From an uncultured Alphaproteobacteria bacterium (GTDB lineage Bacteria; Pseudomonadota; Alphaproteobacteria; ATCC43930; CGMCC-115725), in NCBI GenBank assembly GCA_963737145.1, contig CAVTRO010000006.1:130911-194910 (forward strand): a stretch of DNA of 64,000 nt, in the 5' to 3' direction. Both the position numbers and the translations under genes were made by a program. The notes beneath the pieces are model-generated. The model saw only the letters and a program-made list of their open reading frames with translations, was not told where the DNA came from and searched no databases. Positions 1 to 10,203 of the stretch are shown in pieces (positions within the stretch are counted from its first letter, which is position 1; the number at the start of each line of letters is the position of its first letter).

Positions 1-677
1 GCCCGGTCATCCGCACCCCGATATTCCCGAAATCCTGCGCCGAGATGACCGACATCTGGCATGTCATCGGGCTGCGCGGCACCGGCAGCGACAAATATTC
101 GGTGACCGACCTCTTCGTGCCGGCAGGCTTTGTCGCGGCGCGGGACGACGACAGCACGCGCCGGGAAGACGGCGTGCTCTATCGCTTCAGCAGCCTGCAG
201 CTCTATGCGTCGGGGTTTGCCGGGGTGGCGATGGGGATCGCCCGCAGCACCCTCGACGCCTTCACCAAGCTGGCGCGCGACAAGGTGCCGTTCCGCGGCA
301 AGACCACCCTGCGCGACAACAATGTCGTGCAGTCTGAGGCAGGGCAGGCCGAGGCACGGCTGCGCTCCGCCCGCGCTTTGTTGTACCGGTCGCTTGAGGA
401 GATCACCGGCGAGGTCGAGCGATCCGGCCATATCACCCTCGAGCAGCGGATGGCGATCAGGCTGGCCTCGACCTTCGCGATCCACCAGTCGATGAGCGTC
501 GTCGACATGGCCTATCATGCCGCCGGATCCACCGCGATCTTCGAAGAGAACCCGTTCGAGCGCCGGTTCCGCGACATCCACACCGTCTCGCAGCAGTTGC
601 AGGGCCGCCGGGACCATTTCGAGACCGTCGGCCAATATCTTCTCGGCCTCGCTCCTGACACTCTCGCCTGGTTGTAA
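1..677 (+). CDS. Acyl-CoA-dehydrogenase-fold flavin monooxygenase, C-terminal part (5' end lies outside the window)
   Basis: ORF 45..677 stays open to the window edge. Its C-terminal helical domain parallels the intact paralogue at 47307..48479 (NPFERRFRDIH versus NPIQRAWRDVH). Confidence 0.7.
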   Translation, partial: PVIRTPIFPKSCAEMTDIWHVIGLRGTGSDKYSVTDLFVPAGFVAARDDDSTRREDGVLYRFSSLQLYASGFAGVAMGIARSTLDAFTKLARDKVPFRGKTTLRDNNVVQSEAGQAEARLRSARALLYRSLEEITGEVERSGHITLEQRMAIRLASTFAIHQSMSVVDMAYHAAGSTAIFEENPFERRFRDIHTVSQQLQGRRDHFETVGQYLLGLAPDTLAWL

Positions 678-731
678 GAACAGCGCTCACGGCCGATACT
701 GTCGGCGCGGAGCTTGGGCAAGGAGTGAGGC

Positions 732-1730
732 ATGCAGGTTCGCGACGGCTTTGTCGGCACTGTCGGAAAGACGCCGCTGATCAAATTGCGGCGGGCCTCC
801 GAGGAGACCGGGTGCACGATCCTCGGCAAGGCCGAGTTCCTCAATCCCGGCGGTTCGGTCAAGGACCGTGCCGCGCTCTACATCATCAAGGACGCCGAGG
901 AGCGCGGCCTGTTGCGCCGGGGCGGCGTCATCGTCGAGGGCACCGCCGGCAATACCGGGATCGGCCTCGCGCTGGTCGGCAACGCCCGCGGCTACCGCAC
1001 CGTCATCGTCATGCCCGAGACGCAGAGCCAGGAAAAGAAGGACATGCTGCTGCTGTGCGGCGTCGATCTGCGGCTCGTGCCGGCGGTGCCTTATGCCAAC
1101 CCGAACAACTATGTCCGCTACTCCGGGCGCCTCGCCGAAGAAATCGCCGCGCAGGAGCCGAACGGCGCGATCTGGGCCAACCAGTTCGACAACCTCGCCA
1201 ACCGGCGCGGCCACTACGAGACGACGGGCCCCGAGATTTGGGAGGAGACCGACGGTAAGGTCGACGGCTTCACATGCTCGGTCGGCACCGGCGGCACGCT
1301 GTCCGGGGTCGGGATCGCGCTCAAGGAGCGCAACCCCAAGGTCCGGATCTATCTGTCCGACTGCATGGGCTCGGGCATCTACAGCTGGTACGCGCGCCGC
1401 GAGTTCAAGCCGGAGGGCAACTCGATCACCGAAGGGATCGGCAACAACCGCGAAACCAAGAACCTCGAGGGGTTCACGCCCGACGGGCAATACCAGATTA
1501 CCGACGCGGAGATGCTGCCGATCCTGTTCAGCCTTGTCCAAGACGAGGGGCTGGTCCTCGGCGGCTCGACCGGCATCAATGTGTGCGGCGCCATGCGCCT
1601 TGCGCGCGAACTCGGCCCCGGCCACACGATCGTGACGATCCTCTGCGATTCCGGCACCCGCTACCAGTCCAAGCTGTTCAACCCGGAATTCCTAAAGGCG
1701 CGCGACCTCCCCACCCCACCGTGGCTGTAA
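732..1730 (+). CDS. Cysteine synthase family PLP enzyme (CysK/CysM-like)
   Basis: 332-aa ORF with the PLP-lysine motif GGSVKDRAA and the glycine loop SVGTGGTLSG. Length is typical for O-acetylserine sulfhydrylase-type enzymes. Confidence 0.85.
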   Translation: MQVRDGFVGTVGKTPLIKLRRASEETGCTILGKAEFLNPGGSVKDRAALYIIKDAEERGLLRRGGVIVEGTAGNTGIGLALVGNARGYRTVIVMPETQSQEKKDMLLLCGVDLRLVPAVPYANPNNYVRYSGRLAEEIAAQEPNGAIWANQFDNLANRRGHYETTGPEIWEETDGKVDGFTCSVGTGGTLSGVGIALKERNPKVRIYLSDCMGSGIYSWYARREFKPEGNSITEGIGNNRETKNLEGFTPDGQYQITDAEMLPILFSLVQDEGLVLGGSTGINVCGAMRLARELGPGHTIVTILCDSGTRYQSKLFNPEFLKARDLPTPPWL

Positions 1731-1745
1731 TAAACTATTCTCGCT

Positions 1746-1850
1746 GTCCCGGCGAAAGCCGGGACCCACCTCTGAACGGGGACAAACATCTCGGCGTGAT
1801 GACTAGGCCGTTCGCACGGGTAGCGGAGTGGATCCCGGCTTCCGCCGGGA
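1746..1850. repeat. Two short GC-rich stem-loops (cccggc-N4-gccggg type) in an intergenic spacer
   Basis: gtcccggc-gaaa-gccgggac at 1746..1765 and tcccggc-ttcc-gccggga at 1833..1850. A related degenerate copy lies near 49709..49730. Confidence 0.55.
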
Positions 1851-1869
1851 CATCGCAGGTAGGAATAGC

Positions 1870-2580
1870 ATGATGGAGCTGTTGTTTCGGGATGATGGGT
1901 ACCTGCGGTCCTGCACTGCCCGGGTGATTGCCGCCGACGGGCGCGGCATTCGCCTGGACCGCACTGTCTTTTACCCGATGGGCGGCGGTCAGCCGGGCGA
2001 TACCGGCGTGCTCCGCCTCTCGGCGGGGCAAGAGATTGCTGTCGTCGACACGATAAAGGGGAGTCATCCCGACGAGGTGATCCATGTCCCGGCGGCGGGA
2101 TCGACGCTGCCCGATCCAGGCACTGAGGTCATCGCCGAGATCGACTGGGCGCGGCGATATCGGCTGATGCGCATGCACACCTGCCTGCATCTGTTGTGCA
2201 GCATTGTTCCCGGGGCGGTGACCGGCGGTCAGGTTTCCGACGTCAGAGGACGGCTCGATTTCGATGTGCCCGGATCGAGCCTGGACAAGGAGACGCTCGC
2301 GGGCCGGCTCAACGCACTTATTGCAGAGGCGCACCTGGTTGGGCCGCGGTGGATCACCGACGCGGAGCTCGCCGCGCAGCCCGAGCTCGTCCGCACGATG
2401 TCGGTCAAGCCGCCGAGCGGGATGGGGCAGGTGCGCCTCATCGAAATTCCCGGTATCGATCTGCAGCCCTGCGGCGGCACGCATATCCGCAGCACCAGCG
2501 AGATCGGCCCGGTTGCGGTCACCAAGATCGAGAACAAGGGCAGGCAGAACCGCCGCGTGATCCTTGCTTTCGCGGAGTGA
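1870..2580 (+). CDS. Alanyl-tRNA editing protein (AlaX-type, AlaRS second additional domain)
   Basis: Zinc-binding motifs HTCLHLL and CGGTH are present. Length from the ATG at 1870 is about 236 aa. The upstream part of ORF 1828.. overlaps the repeat hairpin. Confidence 0.8.
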   Translation: MMELLFRDDGYLRSCTARVIAADGRGIRLDRTVFYPMGGGQPGDTGVLRLSAGQEIAVVDTIKGSHPDEVIHVPAAGSTLPDPGTEVIAEIDWARRYRLMRMHTCLHLLCSIVPGAVTGGQVSDVRGRLDFDVPGSSLDKETLAGRLNALIAEAHLVGPRWITDAELAAQPELVRTMSVKPPSGMGQVRLIEIPGIDLQPCGGTHIRSTSEIGPVAVTKIENKGRQNRRVILAFAE

Positions 2581-2596
2581 GGGAGGAGAGGAGCCG

Positions 2597-3475
2597 ATGC
2601 CCTACGCCCATCCCGAAGCCCTCGTCGCTACCGAGTGGCTCGCGGCGCATCTCGACGACCCGCAGCTCCGGGTCCTCGACGCGTCCTTCAAACTGCCCGG
2701 GATTACCCCGACGGCGCGGGAGGATTACGATCGCGGCCACATCCCCGGTGCCCTATTCTTCGACATCGACGACATCGCGGAGCCGGGCACGAGCTTGCCG
2801 CATATGATCCCGTCGCCCGAGCTGTTCGCGCGCAAGATGGAGGGGCTCGGCATCGGCGACGACGACCGAGTTATCGTCTACGACAGCGCCGGCCTGTCTT
2901 CGGCCGGCCGCGCCTGGTGGATGCTGCGCCTCTATGGGCATCACAATGTCGCGCTCCTCAACGGCGGTCTGCCCAAATGGAAGGCGGAGGGGCGGCCGCT
3001 TGAAACCGCCGCGCCGAAGCCGCCGCGGGACCGCCATTTTTCGGCGCGGTTCGACCCGGCGCCGGTCCGCGACAAGCAGGCGTTGCTCGACAATCTGGCG
3101 ACGCGGCGCGAACAGGTCGTCGATGCCCGCGCTGCGGGCCGGTTCGCTGGAATTGCCGAAGAAACCCGGCCCGGATTGCGCCGGGGCCATATTCCGGGCA
3201 GTTGCAACCTGCCCTATGACCGGGTCACCGATCCGCAGACGCACCGGCTGCGCGATGCCGACGAGCTCTCGCATCTGTTCCGTGATGCGGGCGTTGCGCT
3301 GGACCGGCCGATCGTCACGAGCTGCGGTTCCGGCGTTACCGCCTGTGCGCTCGCTTTTGCGCTGCACTTGATCGGGCATCCGGGCACCGCCGTCTATGAC
3401 GGGTCGTGGTCGGAATGGGGGCTGCCGGGCGACACGCCGGTCGAGACCGGTCCCCCGCCTGCCACGACACCGTGA
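2597..3475 (+). CDS. sseA: 3-mercaptopyruvate sulfurtransferase (tandem rhodanese domains)
   Basis: Two rhodanese halves and the active-site loop SCGSGVTAC, which matches the CG[ST]GVT motif typical of 3-MST. The start MPYAHPEALV is at 2597. Confidence 0.85.
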   Translation: MPYAHPEALVATEWLAAHLDDPQLRVLDASFKLPGITPTAREDYDRGHIPGALFFDIDDIAEPGTSLPHMIPSPELFARKMEGLGIGDDDRVIVYDSAGLSSAGRAWWMLRLYGHHNVALLNGGLPKWKAEGRPLETAAPKPPRDRHFSARFDPAPVRDKQALLDNLATRREQVVDARAAGRFAGIAEETRPGLRRGHIPGSCNLPYDRVTDPQTHRLRDADELSHLFRDAGVALDRPIVTSCGSGVTACALAFALHLIGHPGTAVYDGSWSEWGLPGDTPVETGPPPATTP

Positions 3476-4020
3476 CTGCGCTCGAAGACGTCATCACCTA
3501 TCTCGAAATGCTCGAGCGCCCCTCCGGGAAGCGGGTCCCGGCGCCGCTCGATAAGCTCGCGCTGATGCGCGCCGAGGACTGCACGGTTTCATTTTACCGG
3601 TACATATACGATGCGGTCGGCCGGCCTTGGCTGTGGTTCGAGCGGCGGCTGGTCGACGATGCGGCGCTGGCGGCCCTGATCGCGAAGCCGACGATCGAGA
3701 TTTTTGTGCTGTACGTGCGCGGGGTTCCAGCCGGCTTCTTCGAGCTAGATACTGAGGCGCCGCGTGACACGAAGCTGTGCTACTTCGGGCTCATTCCCGA
3801 CTTTATCGGGCGTCGGCTCGGCCCCTACCTGCTGCAGGCGGCAATCCATCAGGCTTGGTCTAGACCGCTCGACCGCTTTTGGCTCCATACGTCGACTTTC
3901 GATCATCCAAAGGCGCTGGCCACCTATCAGCGGGCCGGCTTTGTCGTTTATGCCCGCCGCCGGGTTTCGTTCGACGATCCGCGCGACCTCGGGATTTTGC
4001 CGAAGCCGGAACAGAGCTAG
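3472..4020 (+). CDS. GNAT family N-acetyltransferase
   Basis: The GTG at 3472 overlaps the sseA stop (GTGA). It has an acetyl-CoA-binding style segment RRLGPYLLQAAI and a C-terminal YQRAGF motif. Confidence 0.7.
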   Translation: MTALEDVITYLEMLERPSGKRVPAPLDKLALMRAEDCTVSFYRYIYDAVGRPWLWFERRLVDDAALAALIAKPTIEIFVLYVRGVPAGFFELDTEAPRDTKLCYFGLIPDFIGRRLGPYLLQAAIHQAWSRPLDRFWLHTSTFDHPKALATYQRAGFVVYARRRVSFDDPRDLGILPKPEQS

Positions 4021-4023
4021 TCC

Positions 4024-5163
4024 ATGGATATCGGGTTCACCGAAGAGCAGGAGCTGCTGCGCGAGACGGCGCGGCGGTTTCTGGAAAACTACTGCGGGAC
4101 GCAATTCGTGCGGCGATTGATGGCCGAGCCGGCCGCCGTCACCGACGAGTTCTGGCGGAAGCTCGCCGAGCAGGGCTGGCTCGGCATCGTTTACCCGGAA
4201 GAGGAAGGCGGCAGCGGGCTGGGCCTCATCGATCTGGTCGTGTTGATGGAGGAGATGGGGCGGGCGGTGATGCCCGGGCCGTTTCTGTCGACCGTGTTAC
4301 TCGGCGGCGGGGTCGTCGCCGAAGCCGGAAGCCCCGCCCAGCGCCGGCGATGGTTGCCGGAAATCGCCGCCGGCAACGCGAAGGCGGCCCTCGCCTGGAC
4401 CGAGCCCAATCTGCGCTGGGATGCGGCCGGCATCATGTCGAGGGCGCGCGAGGCCGGGGGTGGATATACTCTTTCCGGCACCAAGCTCTTCGTCGGTGAT
4501 GCGCATCTCGCCGACATTATCGCGGTCGCGGCGCGCACACGCGATGGCAGCACGATGGACGACGGCGTCAGTCTATTCCTGGTGCCAAAGGAGACGCCTG
4601 GCCTCACTATCACGCTATTGCCGACGATAGACGAGACCCGCAAACTCTGCGAGGTCAGGCTCGACAATGTCGCAGTGCCGGCGGGTGCGCTGCTCGGCGA
4701 AATACACCAGGGTTGGGCGCCGTTGTCCCGGGTGATCGCCCGCGCCACTGTAGCAGTGGCTGCAGAGATGTGCGGCGCCGCGCAGCAGGTTCTCGACATG
4801 ACCGTTGCCTATGCCAAGATGCGCGTCGCCTTCGGCAAGCCGATCGGCAGCTATCAGGGAGTAAAGCACCAGGCCGCCGACATGCTGGTGGCGCTTGAGA
4901 ACGCTAAATCGCTGACCTATTACGCCGCCTGGGCGGTCGATCAAGGACTGGACGAGGCGCCGCTGGCGGTGTCGATGGCAAAGGCGGCCGCCTCCGACAT
5001 GTCCCGCAGCGTCGCCGGCACCGGCATCCAGCTGCATGGCGGCATCGGCATGACTTGGGAGCACGATCTGCAGCTCTACTTCAAGCGCGCCAAAGCCTCC
5101 GAGGTCGCCTTTGGCGACGCCGCGTGGCACCGCGAACGCGTTGCGCAGCTGATGAGACTCTGA
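4024..5163 (+). CDS. Acyl-CoA dehydrogenase
   Basis: Uninterrupted 379-aa ORF with the usual three-domain ACAD layout and the C-terminal motif GGIGMTWEHDLQLYFKRA. Confidence 0.9.
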   Translation: MDIGFTEEQELLRETARRFLENYCGTQFVRRLMAEPAAVTDEFWRKLAEQGWLGIVYPEEEGGSGLGLIDLVVLMEEMGRAVMPGPFLSTVLLGGGVVAEAGSPAQRRRWLPEIAAGNAKAALAWTEPNLRWDAAGIMSRAREAGGGYTLSGTKLFVGDAHLADIIAVAARTRDGSTMDDGVSLFLVPKETPGLTITLLPTIDETRKLCEVRLDNVAVPAGALLGEIHQGWAPLSRVIARATVAVAAEMCGAAQQVLDMTVAYAKMRVAFGKPIGSYQGVKHQAADMLVALENAKSLTYYAAWAVDQGLDEAPLAVSMAKAAASDMSRSVAGTGIQLHGGIGMTWEHDLQLYFKRAKASEVAFGDAAWHRERVAQLMRL

Positions 5164-6245
5164 CCGCATTGCCACCGCGACAGAACAATTTCGACGCACT
5201 GCGCCTGATCGCTGCCATCAGTGTCATCTTCTCGCATTCGTTCCTGATCGCCGAGGGCACGCAGAACAACGAATGGCTGATTCTGCTGACCGGGAACCAG
5301 TGCATCTTGGGGCTGGTCGGGGTTTTCGTGTTCTTCTCGATAAGCGGTTTCTTGGTGACGCAGAGCTTCGAGCAGACCCCCAAGCCGCTGCACTATCTCG
5401 CGAAGCGCGCATTGCGCGTCTTCCCCGGTCTGTTTGTGGCGACGCTGGTGTCGGCACTCGTGCTGGGACCGCTCGTTACGACATTGCCACTCGGAGCCTA
5501 TCTGAGCCGGCCGGAACCATACGAATATATCGTCGGCAACACGCTCCTCGATCAGAGCGTGCACGAGCTGCCTGGTGTCTCCTTCACTGGCAATCCGGTC
5601 GGGCTCGAAATCAATGGGTCGCTGTGGACCTTGCGCCTCGAATTCACGATGTACCTGATGGTGCTGGGACTGGGGCTGCTGCGTCTGCTGACCCTTCGGG
5701 CGGCGCTTCTGCTGCTGATGTTCGGTATGGCCTGTGTGCATTTCGAGATGCTCGACGAGCTCGAAAAATGGGGCTGGATTTTTCAGCTGCTCAGCGGCTG
5801 GGGCTGGCTCGTCGGCTTTTTCGCCGCGGGAATGGCTCTCTACAAGCTGCGCCACACCCGTATTCTCGACGGCCGCATCGCGCTGCTCGCGCTCGCCGGT
5901 CTCGTGCTCAGCGTCCCGCTGCGCCAATTCATCACGCTGTTTCCAGTGTTCGGCTGCTATCTGGCGCTGTGGGTGGCCTTGAACCCGCGATTGCCGGTCA
6001 TCCCGGCGGCACGCTTCGGCGATTTGTCCTATGGCCTCTACATTTATGGCTGGCCGGTCGAAGAGGCGGTGATATGGCTCTACGGCGGCCATGCCGCCTG
6101 GTGGCAGGTGTTCCTGAGCGCCTTGCCGATAGCGGCGGCGCTCGCCTTCCTGTCGTGGCACCTTGTCGAGCGGCCGATGCTGCGCCTCAAGCCGGGCGGG
6201 CGGCGCGCGGCGGCTGGTTACGCTCCGGCGCCGCAACAGGCATAG
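5160..6245 (+). CDS. Acyltransferase family 3 integral membrane protein
   Basis: N-terminal signature NNFDALRLIAAISVIFSHSF followed by about 10 hydrophobic segments. There is no in-frame ATG after the ACAD stop, so the start is uncertain (CTG/TTG near 5160-5170). Confidence 0.75.
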   Translation: MTALPPRQNNFDALRLIAAISVIFSHSFLIAEGTQNNEWLILLTGNQCILGLVGVFVFFSISGFLVTQSFEQTPKPLHYLAKRALRVFPGLFVATLVSALVLGPLVTTLPLGAYLSRPEPYEYIVGNTLLDQSVHELPGVSFTGNPVGLEINGSLWTLRLEFTMYLMVLGLGLLRLLTLRAALLLLMFGMACVHFEMLDELEKWGWIFQLLSGWGWLVGFFAAGMALYKLRHTRILDGRIALLALAGLVLSVPLRQFITLFPVFGCYLALWVALNPRLPVIPAARFGDLSYGLYIYGWPVEEAVIWLYGGHAAWWQVFLSALPIAAALAFLSWHLVERPMLRLKPGGRRAAAGYAPAPQQA

Positions 6246-6320
6246 TCGAGAGGGCTGGCGCCGGGCTCCGCTCCCCCGCTAGTATGCCGGTTCGAAGCCA
6301 ATTGCGCGGGAGACACGCCG

Positions 6321-6671
6321 ATGCGGATACACAACCTCTACACCGATTCGAGCGGCCAGTCGCACTTCCGGGACATCGAGGTCGAATGGGTCGAGGAAAC
6401 GCGCGGGGGCAAGCTCTCGAAGCGGCTGCCGGCGACCGGCATCATTTTCCGCGAAGTCCCGCCGACTTACGACCTCGACTGGCACCCTGCACCAAGACGG
6501 CAATACATCATCAATCTCGATGCCGGCGTGCAGATCACCGCGAGCGACGGCGAGAGCCGCAAGATCGGCGCCGGCGAGGTGATCCTCGTCGAAGACACGA
6601 CCGGTAAAGGGCACCTGTCCAAGGCGCTCGACAACAAGATCCGCAACTGCATCTTCGTACCGATCGAGTAA
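6321..6671 (+). CDS. Small cupin-fold protein
   Basis: 116-aa ORF with good coding appearance and beta-rich cupin-like sequence. It lies 14 nt upstream of the FAH gene. Confidence 0.55.
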   Translation: MRIHNLYTDSSGQSHFRDIEVEWVEETRGGKLSKRLPATGIIFREVPPTYDLDWHPAPRRQYIINLDAGVQITASDGESRKIGAGEVILVEDTTGKGHLSKALDNKIRNCIFVPIE

Positions 6672-6684
6672 CGGAGCACTCAAC

Positions 6685-7635
6685 ATGAAGCTGCTTTATT
6701 TTGACGACTACAAATTGGGCGTGCTGAAGGGCGACCGCGTCGTCGACGTGTCGTCGGTCGTGCGCGATATCCCGCATACCGGCCCCGGCGACCTGATCAA
6801 TGGGTTGATCGCGCGCTTCGACCAGTACCGCGGCCGGCTCGAGGACGCGGCGGCGAGCGGCCAAGGTGTCGCGCTGTCGTCGCTCAGGGTGCGCCCGCCA
6901 CTGCCGAAGCCGACCAACATCGACGCGATGGCTGTCAATTACATGGAAGACGGCACGCGCAGCGCGCCAGCGCCGATCAACGCCTTTCACAAATCGCCCA
7001 GCGCTATTATTGGCCCTGGCGATACGATGGTTTTGCCCGACGTCCCGGCCACGATCTTCGAGGGCGAGGCGGAGTTGGCCGTGGTCATCGGCAAGCGCGC
7101 GAGCAATGTCAAAGCCGCCGACGCGATGGATTATGTCTTCGGCTACACTAACTTTATCGACGGCTCGGCGCGCGGTCTCCCGCCAGCTGGCAACGTCTTC
7201 TTCCAGATGAAGTCGCGCGACACCTTTGCACCGATCGGCCCCTATCTGGTGACCAAGGACGAGATCCCCGACCCGGAGAAATTGCAAATCCGGCTGTGGA
7301 ACAACGGCACCTTGATGCAGAACTTCAACACCAGCGACATGGCGCACAAGATCCCGCGCTGCATCGAGTGGCTGACCTCGATCCACACCTTGGAGCCCGG
7401 CGACATCATCGCCACCGGCACCAACCACCGCGGTCTCAACTCCTTCCAGGACGGCGACAAGGTCGAGCTGGAGATCGATGGTCTCGGGCGGCTCGCGTTC
7501 AACGTAAAGGACGAGTTGAAGCGCAGCTGGGGACGTGAGACGCGCCTCCAGATGCACGAGAAGGCGGCGCAGAAGACGCCCGGAAATTACCCGGACATCA
7601 CGCCGCAATTGACCGGCAAACACGCCGCTCGCTGA
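6685..7635 (+). CDS. Fumarylacetoacetate hydrolase (FAH) family protein
   Basis: 316-aa ORF. The FAH-domain core includes EGEAELAVVIGKRA and a DGDKVELEIDGLG C-terminal beta segment. Confidence 0.85.
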   Translation: MKLLYFDDYKLGVLKGDRVVDVSSVVRDIPHTGPGDLINGLIARFDQYRGRLEDAAASGQGVALSSLRVRPPLPKPTNIDAMAVNYMEDGTRSAPAPINAFHKSPSAIIGPGDTMVLPDVPATIFEGEAELAVVIGKRASNVKAADAMDYVFGYTNFIDGSARGLPPAGNVFFQMKSRDTFAPIGPYLVTKDEIPDPEKLQIRLWNNGTLMQNFNTSDMAHKIPRCIEWLTSIHTLEPGDIIATGTNHRGLNSFQDGDKVELEIDGLGRLAFNVKDELKRSWGRETRLQMHEKAAQKTPGNYPDITPQLTGKHAAR

Positions 7636-7652
7636 TCCGCTCACTCGCGTTG

Positions 7653-7697
7653 CCCCACCCCAACCCTCCCCTGCAGACGGGGAGGGTTGGGGTGGGG
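7653..7697. repeat. Perfect 19-bp inverted repeat with a 7-nt loop (REP-like or terminator-like)
   Basis: ccccaccccaaccctcccc-tgcagac-ggggagggttggggtgggg, read directly. It sits between the FAH stop (7635) and the aminotransferase start (7721). Confidence 0.85.
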
Positions 7698-7720
7698 GCC
7701 ATCACACAGGATGATCGACG

Positions 7721-8959
7721 ATGACCGCCGGCTTTGCCTACAGCAACCGCTTCAACGAGAACCTTCCGCCGCCGGCGCCGCCCTGGACCGGCTTTCCGAA
7801 ATACAATTTCATCGGCGGGCACAACGACCCCGAACGGGTCCCGGCGGCGGCTCTCGCCGATGCCGCGACCAAGGTCCTGCGGCGCCGCGGGGCTGACCTG
7901 GCCCTCTACAATTTCGACGGGCCGCAGGGTTATCGCGGGCTGCGAGATTTCGTTGTCGGCAAGGTCTCGCGCCGCCCGGCCATCAAATGCTCGGCGGAGG
8001 ATGTGTTGATCACCTCCGGCTCCGGGCAGGGAATCGATCTCGTCAATCAGCTGCTGCTCGAGCGTGGCGACACCGTCATCCTCGAAGAATTCACCTATGG
8101 CGGCGCGTTGACAAAGCTCAAACGGCTCGGTGTCAGCATCGTCGGTGCACCGCTCGATGAGGAGGGGCTGCGGATCGATGCGCTCGCCCGGATCGTCGAG
8201 GACCTCGGGCGGAAGGGCATTGTTCCGAAATACATTTATACGATCCCGACGGTCCAGAACCCGACCGGCTCGATCCTGCCGCGCGCGCGCCGCGAGGAAT
8301 TGCTCGCACTGACCCGAAAGCACGGTGTCCCGGTTTTCGAGGACGAGTGCTATGCCGACCTGACCTGGGACGGCGCGGGTCCGCCCTCACTGTATGCGAT
8401 GGACCCGCAGCAGGTGATCCATATCGGCTCCTTCTCGAAGACCCTGGCGCCGTCCTTGCGCCTCGGCTACGTCGTCGCCGTTCCGCAGGTCATGAGCCAA
8501 ATAGTCGCCTGCAAGCGCGAGGCCGACAGCGGCACCGGCGCCCTCGATCAGATGGTCGTCGCGGAATATTTCTCGCACTATTTCGGCGAGCATGTCGGCG
8601 GCCTGACCCAAACCCTGCACGAGAAGCTCGACACAATGGTCGAGGCGGTCGAGCGCGAGTTCGGCACCGCGGTCGAAAAGATGTGGAAGCCGAAGGGCGG
8701 CATCTTTCTGTGGCTGAAATTCCCCGACCGGGTCGATGTGACCAAGCTCGTCGGGCCCGCCGCCAAAGCCGGGATCGCCTTCAACCCGGGACCCGAATGG
8801 TCGTGCAACCCTGCCGCGAGCAAGTCCCATCTGCGCCTTTGCTTCGCGCTCCCGTCAAAGGACGTCATCCGCGACGGCGTCGCGGCCTTCGCCCGGGTCT
8901 GTTTCGAGGAAACCGGCATCCCCGAGCGCAGCGCCAACATCCGCCGCGCCGGCTCTTAA
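7721..8959 (+). CDS. PLP-dependent aminotransferase (fold type I; 2-aminoadipate/MocR-type catalytic domain without an HTH)
   Basis: Uninterrupted 412-aa ORF with the PLP-lysine context GSFSKTLAPSLRLGY. Confidence 0.85.
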   Translation: MTAGFAYSNRFNENLPPPAPPWTGFPKYNFIGGHNDPERVPAAALADAATKVLRRRGADLALYNFDGPQGYRGLRDFVVGKVSRRPAIKCSAEDVLITSGSGQGIDLVNQLLLERGDTVILEEFTYGGALTKLKRLGVSIVGAPLDEEGLRIDALARIVEDLGRKGIVPKYIYTIPTVQNPTGSILPRARREELLALTRKHGVPVFEDECYADLTWDGAGPPSLYAMDPQQVIHIGSFSKTLAPSLRLGYVVAVPQVMSQIVACKREADSGTGALDQMVVAEYFSHYFGEHVGGLTQTLHEKLDTMVEAVEREFGTAVEKMWKPKGGIFLWLKFPDRVDVTKLVGPAAKAGIAFNPGPEWSCNPAASKSHLRLCFALPSKDVIRDGVAAFARVCFEETGIPERSANIRRAGS

Positions 8960-8973
8960 GGGCAGGTTCGATC

Positions 8974-9405
8974 TTGGTGGAAAATACTAGGGATGGGCCG
9001 CGCAGGCGGTACATCGAACGGGCGACAGCGCAGGCGCGGGCCTACTCGCAAGCGGTGATCACCGAGGGCGGGAGGATCGTCTGGCTCGCCGGGCAAGTTG
9101 GATTGGCAGACGCTTCGGGAAACTCGCTTGCCGGCGATTTCGACGGCCAGGTCCGAGAGGTGTTTTCCCGCTTGAACCGGACGCTCGAGGAGGCCGGCGG
9201 CAGCCTCGCCGACATGGTCACGATGACCGTCTTCATCACCGACTCTCGCTACGGCGACCGGTTTACCGAGCTGCGCAAGGAAATTTTCGGCGACAACTTT
9301 CCCGCGAGCGCGCTGATCACCGTCGCCGGCCTCGCCCGCCCGGAGATGCTCGTCGAGGTTCAAGGAATCGCCGTCATAGGGATGAGGCCTTCCCGCTTCC
9401 ATTGA
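8974..9405 (+). CDS. RidA/YjgF (endoribonuclease L-PSP) family protein
   Basis: Only the last ~143 codons of ORF 8347..9405 look real (YSQAVITEGGRIVWLAGQVG ... PASALITVAGLARPEMLVEVQGIAV). The start is TTG 8974 or GTG 8977. Confidence 0.8.
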   Translation: MVENTRDGPRRRYIERATAQARAYSQAVITEGGRIVWLAGQVGLADASGNSLAGDFDGQVREVFSRLNRTLEEAGGSLADMVTMTVFITDSRYGDRFTELRKEIFGDNFPASALITVAGLARPEMLVEVQGIAVIGMRPSRFH

Positions 9406-9480
9406 AGCGGCACGTGTGAAGCCTGAGCGTGCGTGATAAAGTGTCCATGTAAAGGGCAGAATCAAAGGGAGGATTCTTCG

Positions 9481-10203
9481 ATGCGCGCTATGGACGTGAT
9501 GACGACCAATGTGATCACCGTCAGCCCGGATACATCGGTGCAGGAGGTGGCGAAAATCCTGTCCGAGCGGAGCATCAGCGGGGTTCCGGTAGTCGACGCG
9601 CAGAACCGGCTGGTCGGGATCGTCAGCGAGGGCGACCTGCTGCATCGCGTCGAGATGGGAACCGATCGCCGGCCGGATCGCAGAACCGGGCGCCGGCGCT
9701 CATGGTGGCTTGACACGGTCGGGTCGGACGAGGAGCTCGCACGCGCTTATGTCAAATCGCACGGCCGCACCGCCAGAGACGTCATGACGAGCGAGGTCAC
9801 CTCTGTCAGTGAGACCACCGACCTTGCCGAGATCGCGAACCTGCTCGAAACCAGACGGATCAAGCGGGTGCCTGTCGTCAGAGACGGCAAACTCGTCGGG
9901 ATCGTGAGCCGGGCAAACCTCGTGCGGGCGCTGGCGGCAGCGGGAAGTCGCCTCAGCGCCGATACCGCCACCGACGACCGCACGATCCGCCAAAAGCTCT
10001 TGGCCGAGCTGCAGGGGCAGCAGTGGGTGCACGCTTGGGCGGCCGATATCATCGTCAGGGATGGCGTCGTGCATATCTGGGTGTCCGACGACCGCCCCGA
10101 AGAAGAGCAGCGCGCCCTGCGCGTCGCGGCCGAGAACGTTCCCGGCGTTCTCGGCGTCGAGGAGCACATCGTGCCGGCGCCGATGATTCCGCCGGCGTTT
10201 TAG
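9481..10203 (+). CDS. CBS-pair plus BON domain protein
   Basis: Starts MRAMDVMTTNVITVSP. It has two CBS repeats (ISGVPVVD.., IKRVPVVRDGKLVGIVSRANL) and a C-terminal BON-like segment (VVHIWVSDD..AENVPGVLGVEEH). Confidence 0.8.
   Translation: MRAMDVMTTNVITVSPDTSVQEVAKILSERSISGVPVVDAQNRLVGIVSEGDLLHRVEMGTDRRPDRRTGRRRSWWLDTVGSDEELARAYVKSHGRTARDVMTSEVTSVSETTDLAEIANLLETRRIKRVPVVRDGKLVGIVSRANLVRALAAAGSRLSADTATDDRTIRQKLLAELQGQQWVHAWAADIIVRDGVVHIWVSDDRPEEEQRALRVAAENVPGVLGVEEHIVPAPMIPPAF

Noticed and set aside
8347-8973. N-terminal 209 codons of ORF 8347..9405.
   Set aside because: They overlap the aminotransferase gene in another frame and are low-complexity and Arg-rich. Only the last ~143 codons match the RidA family.
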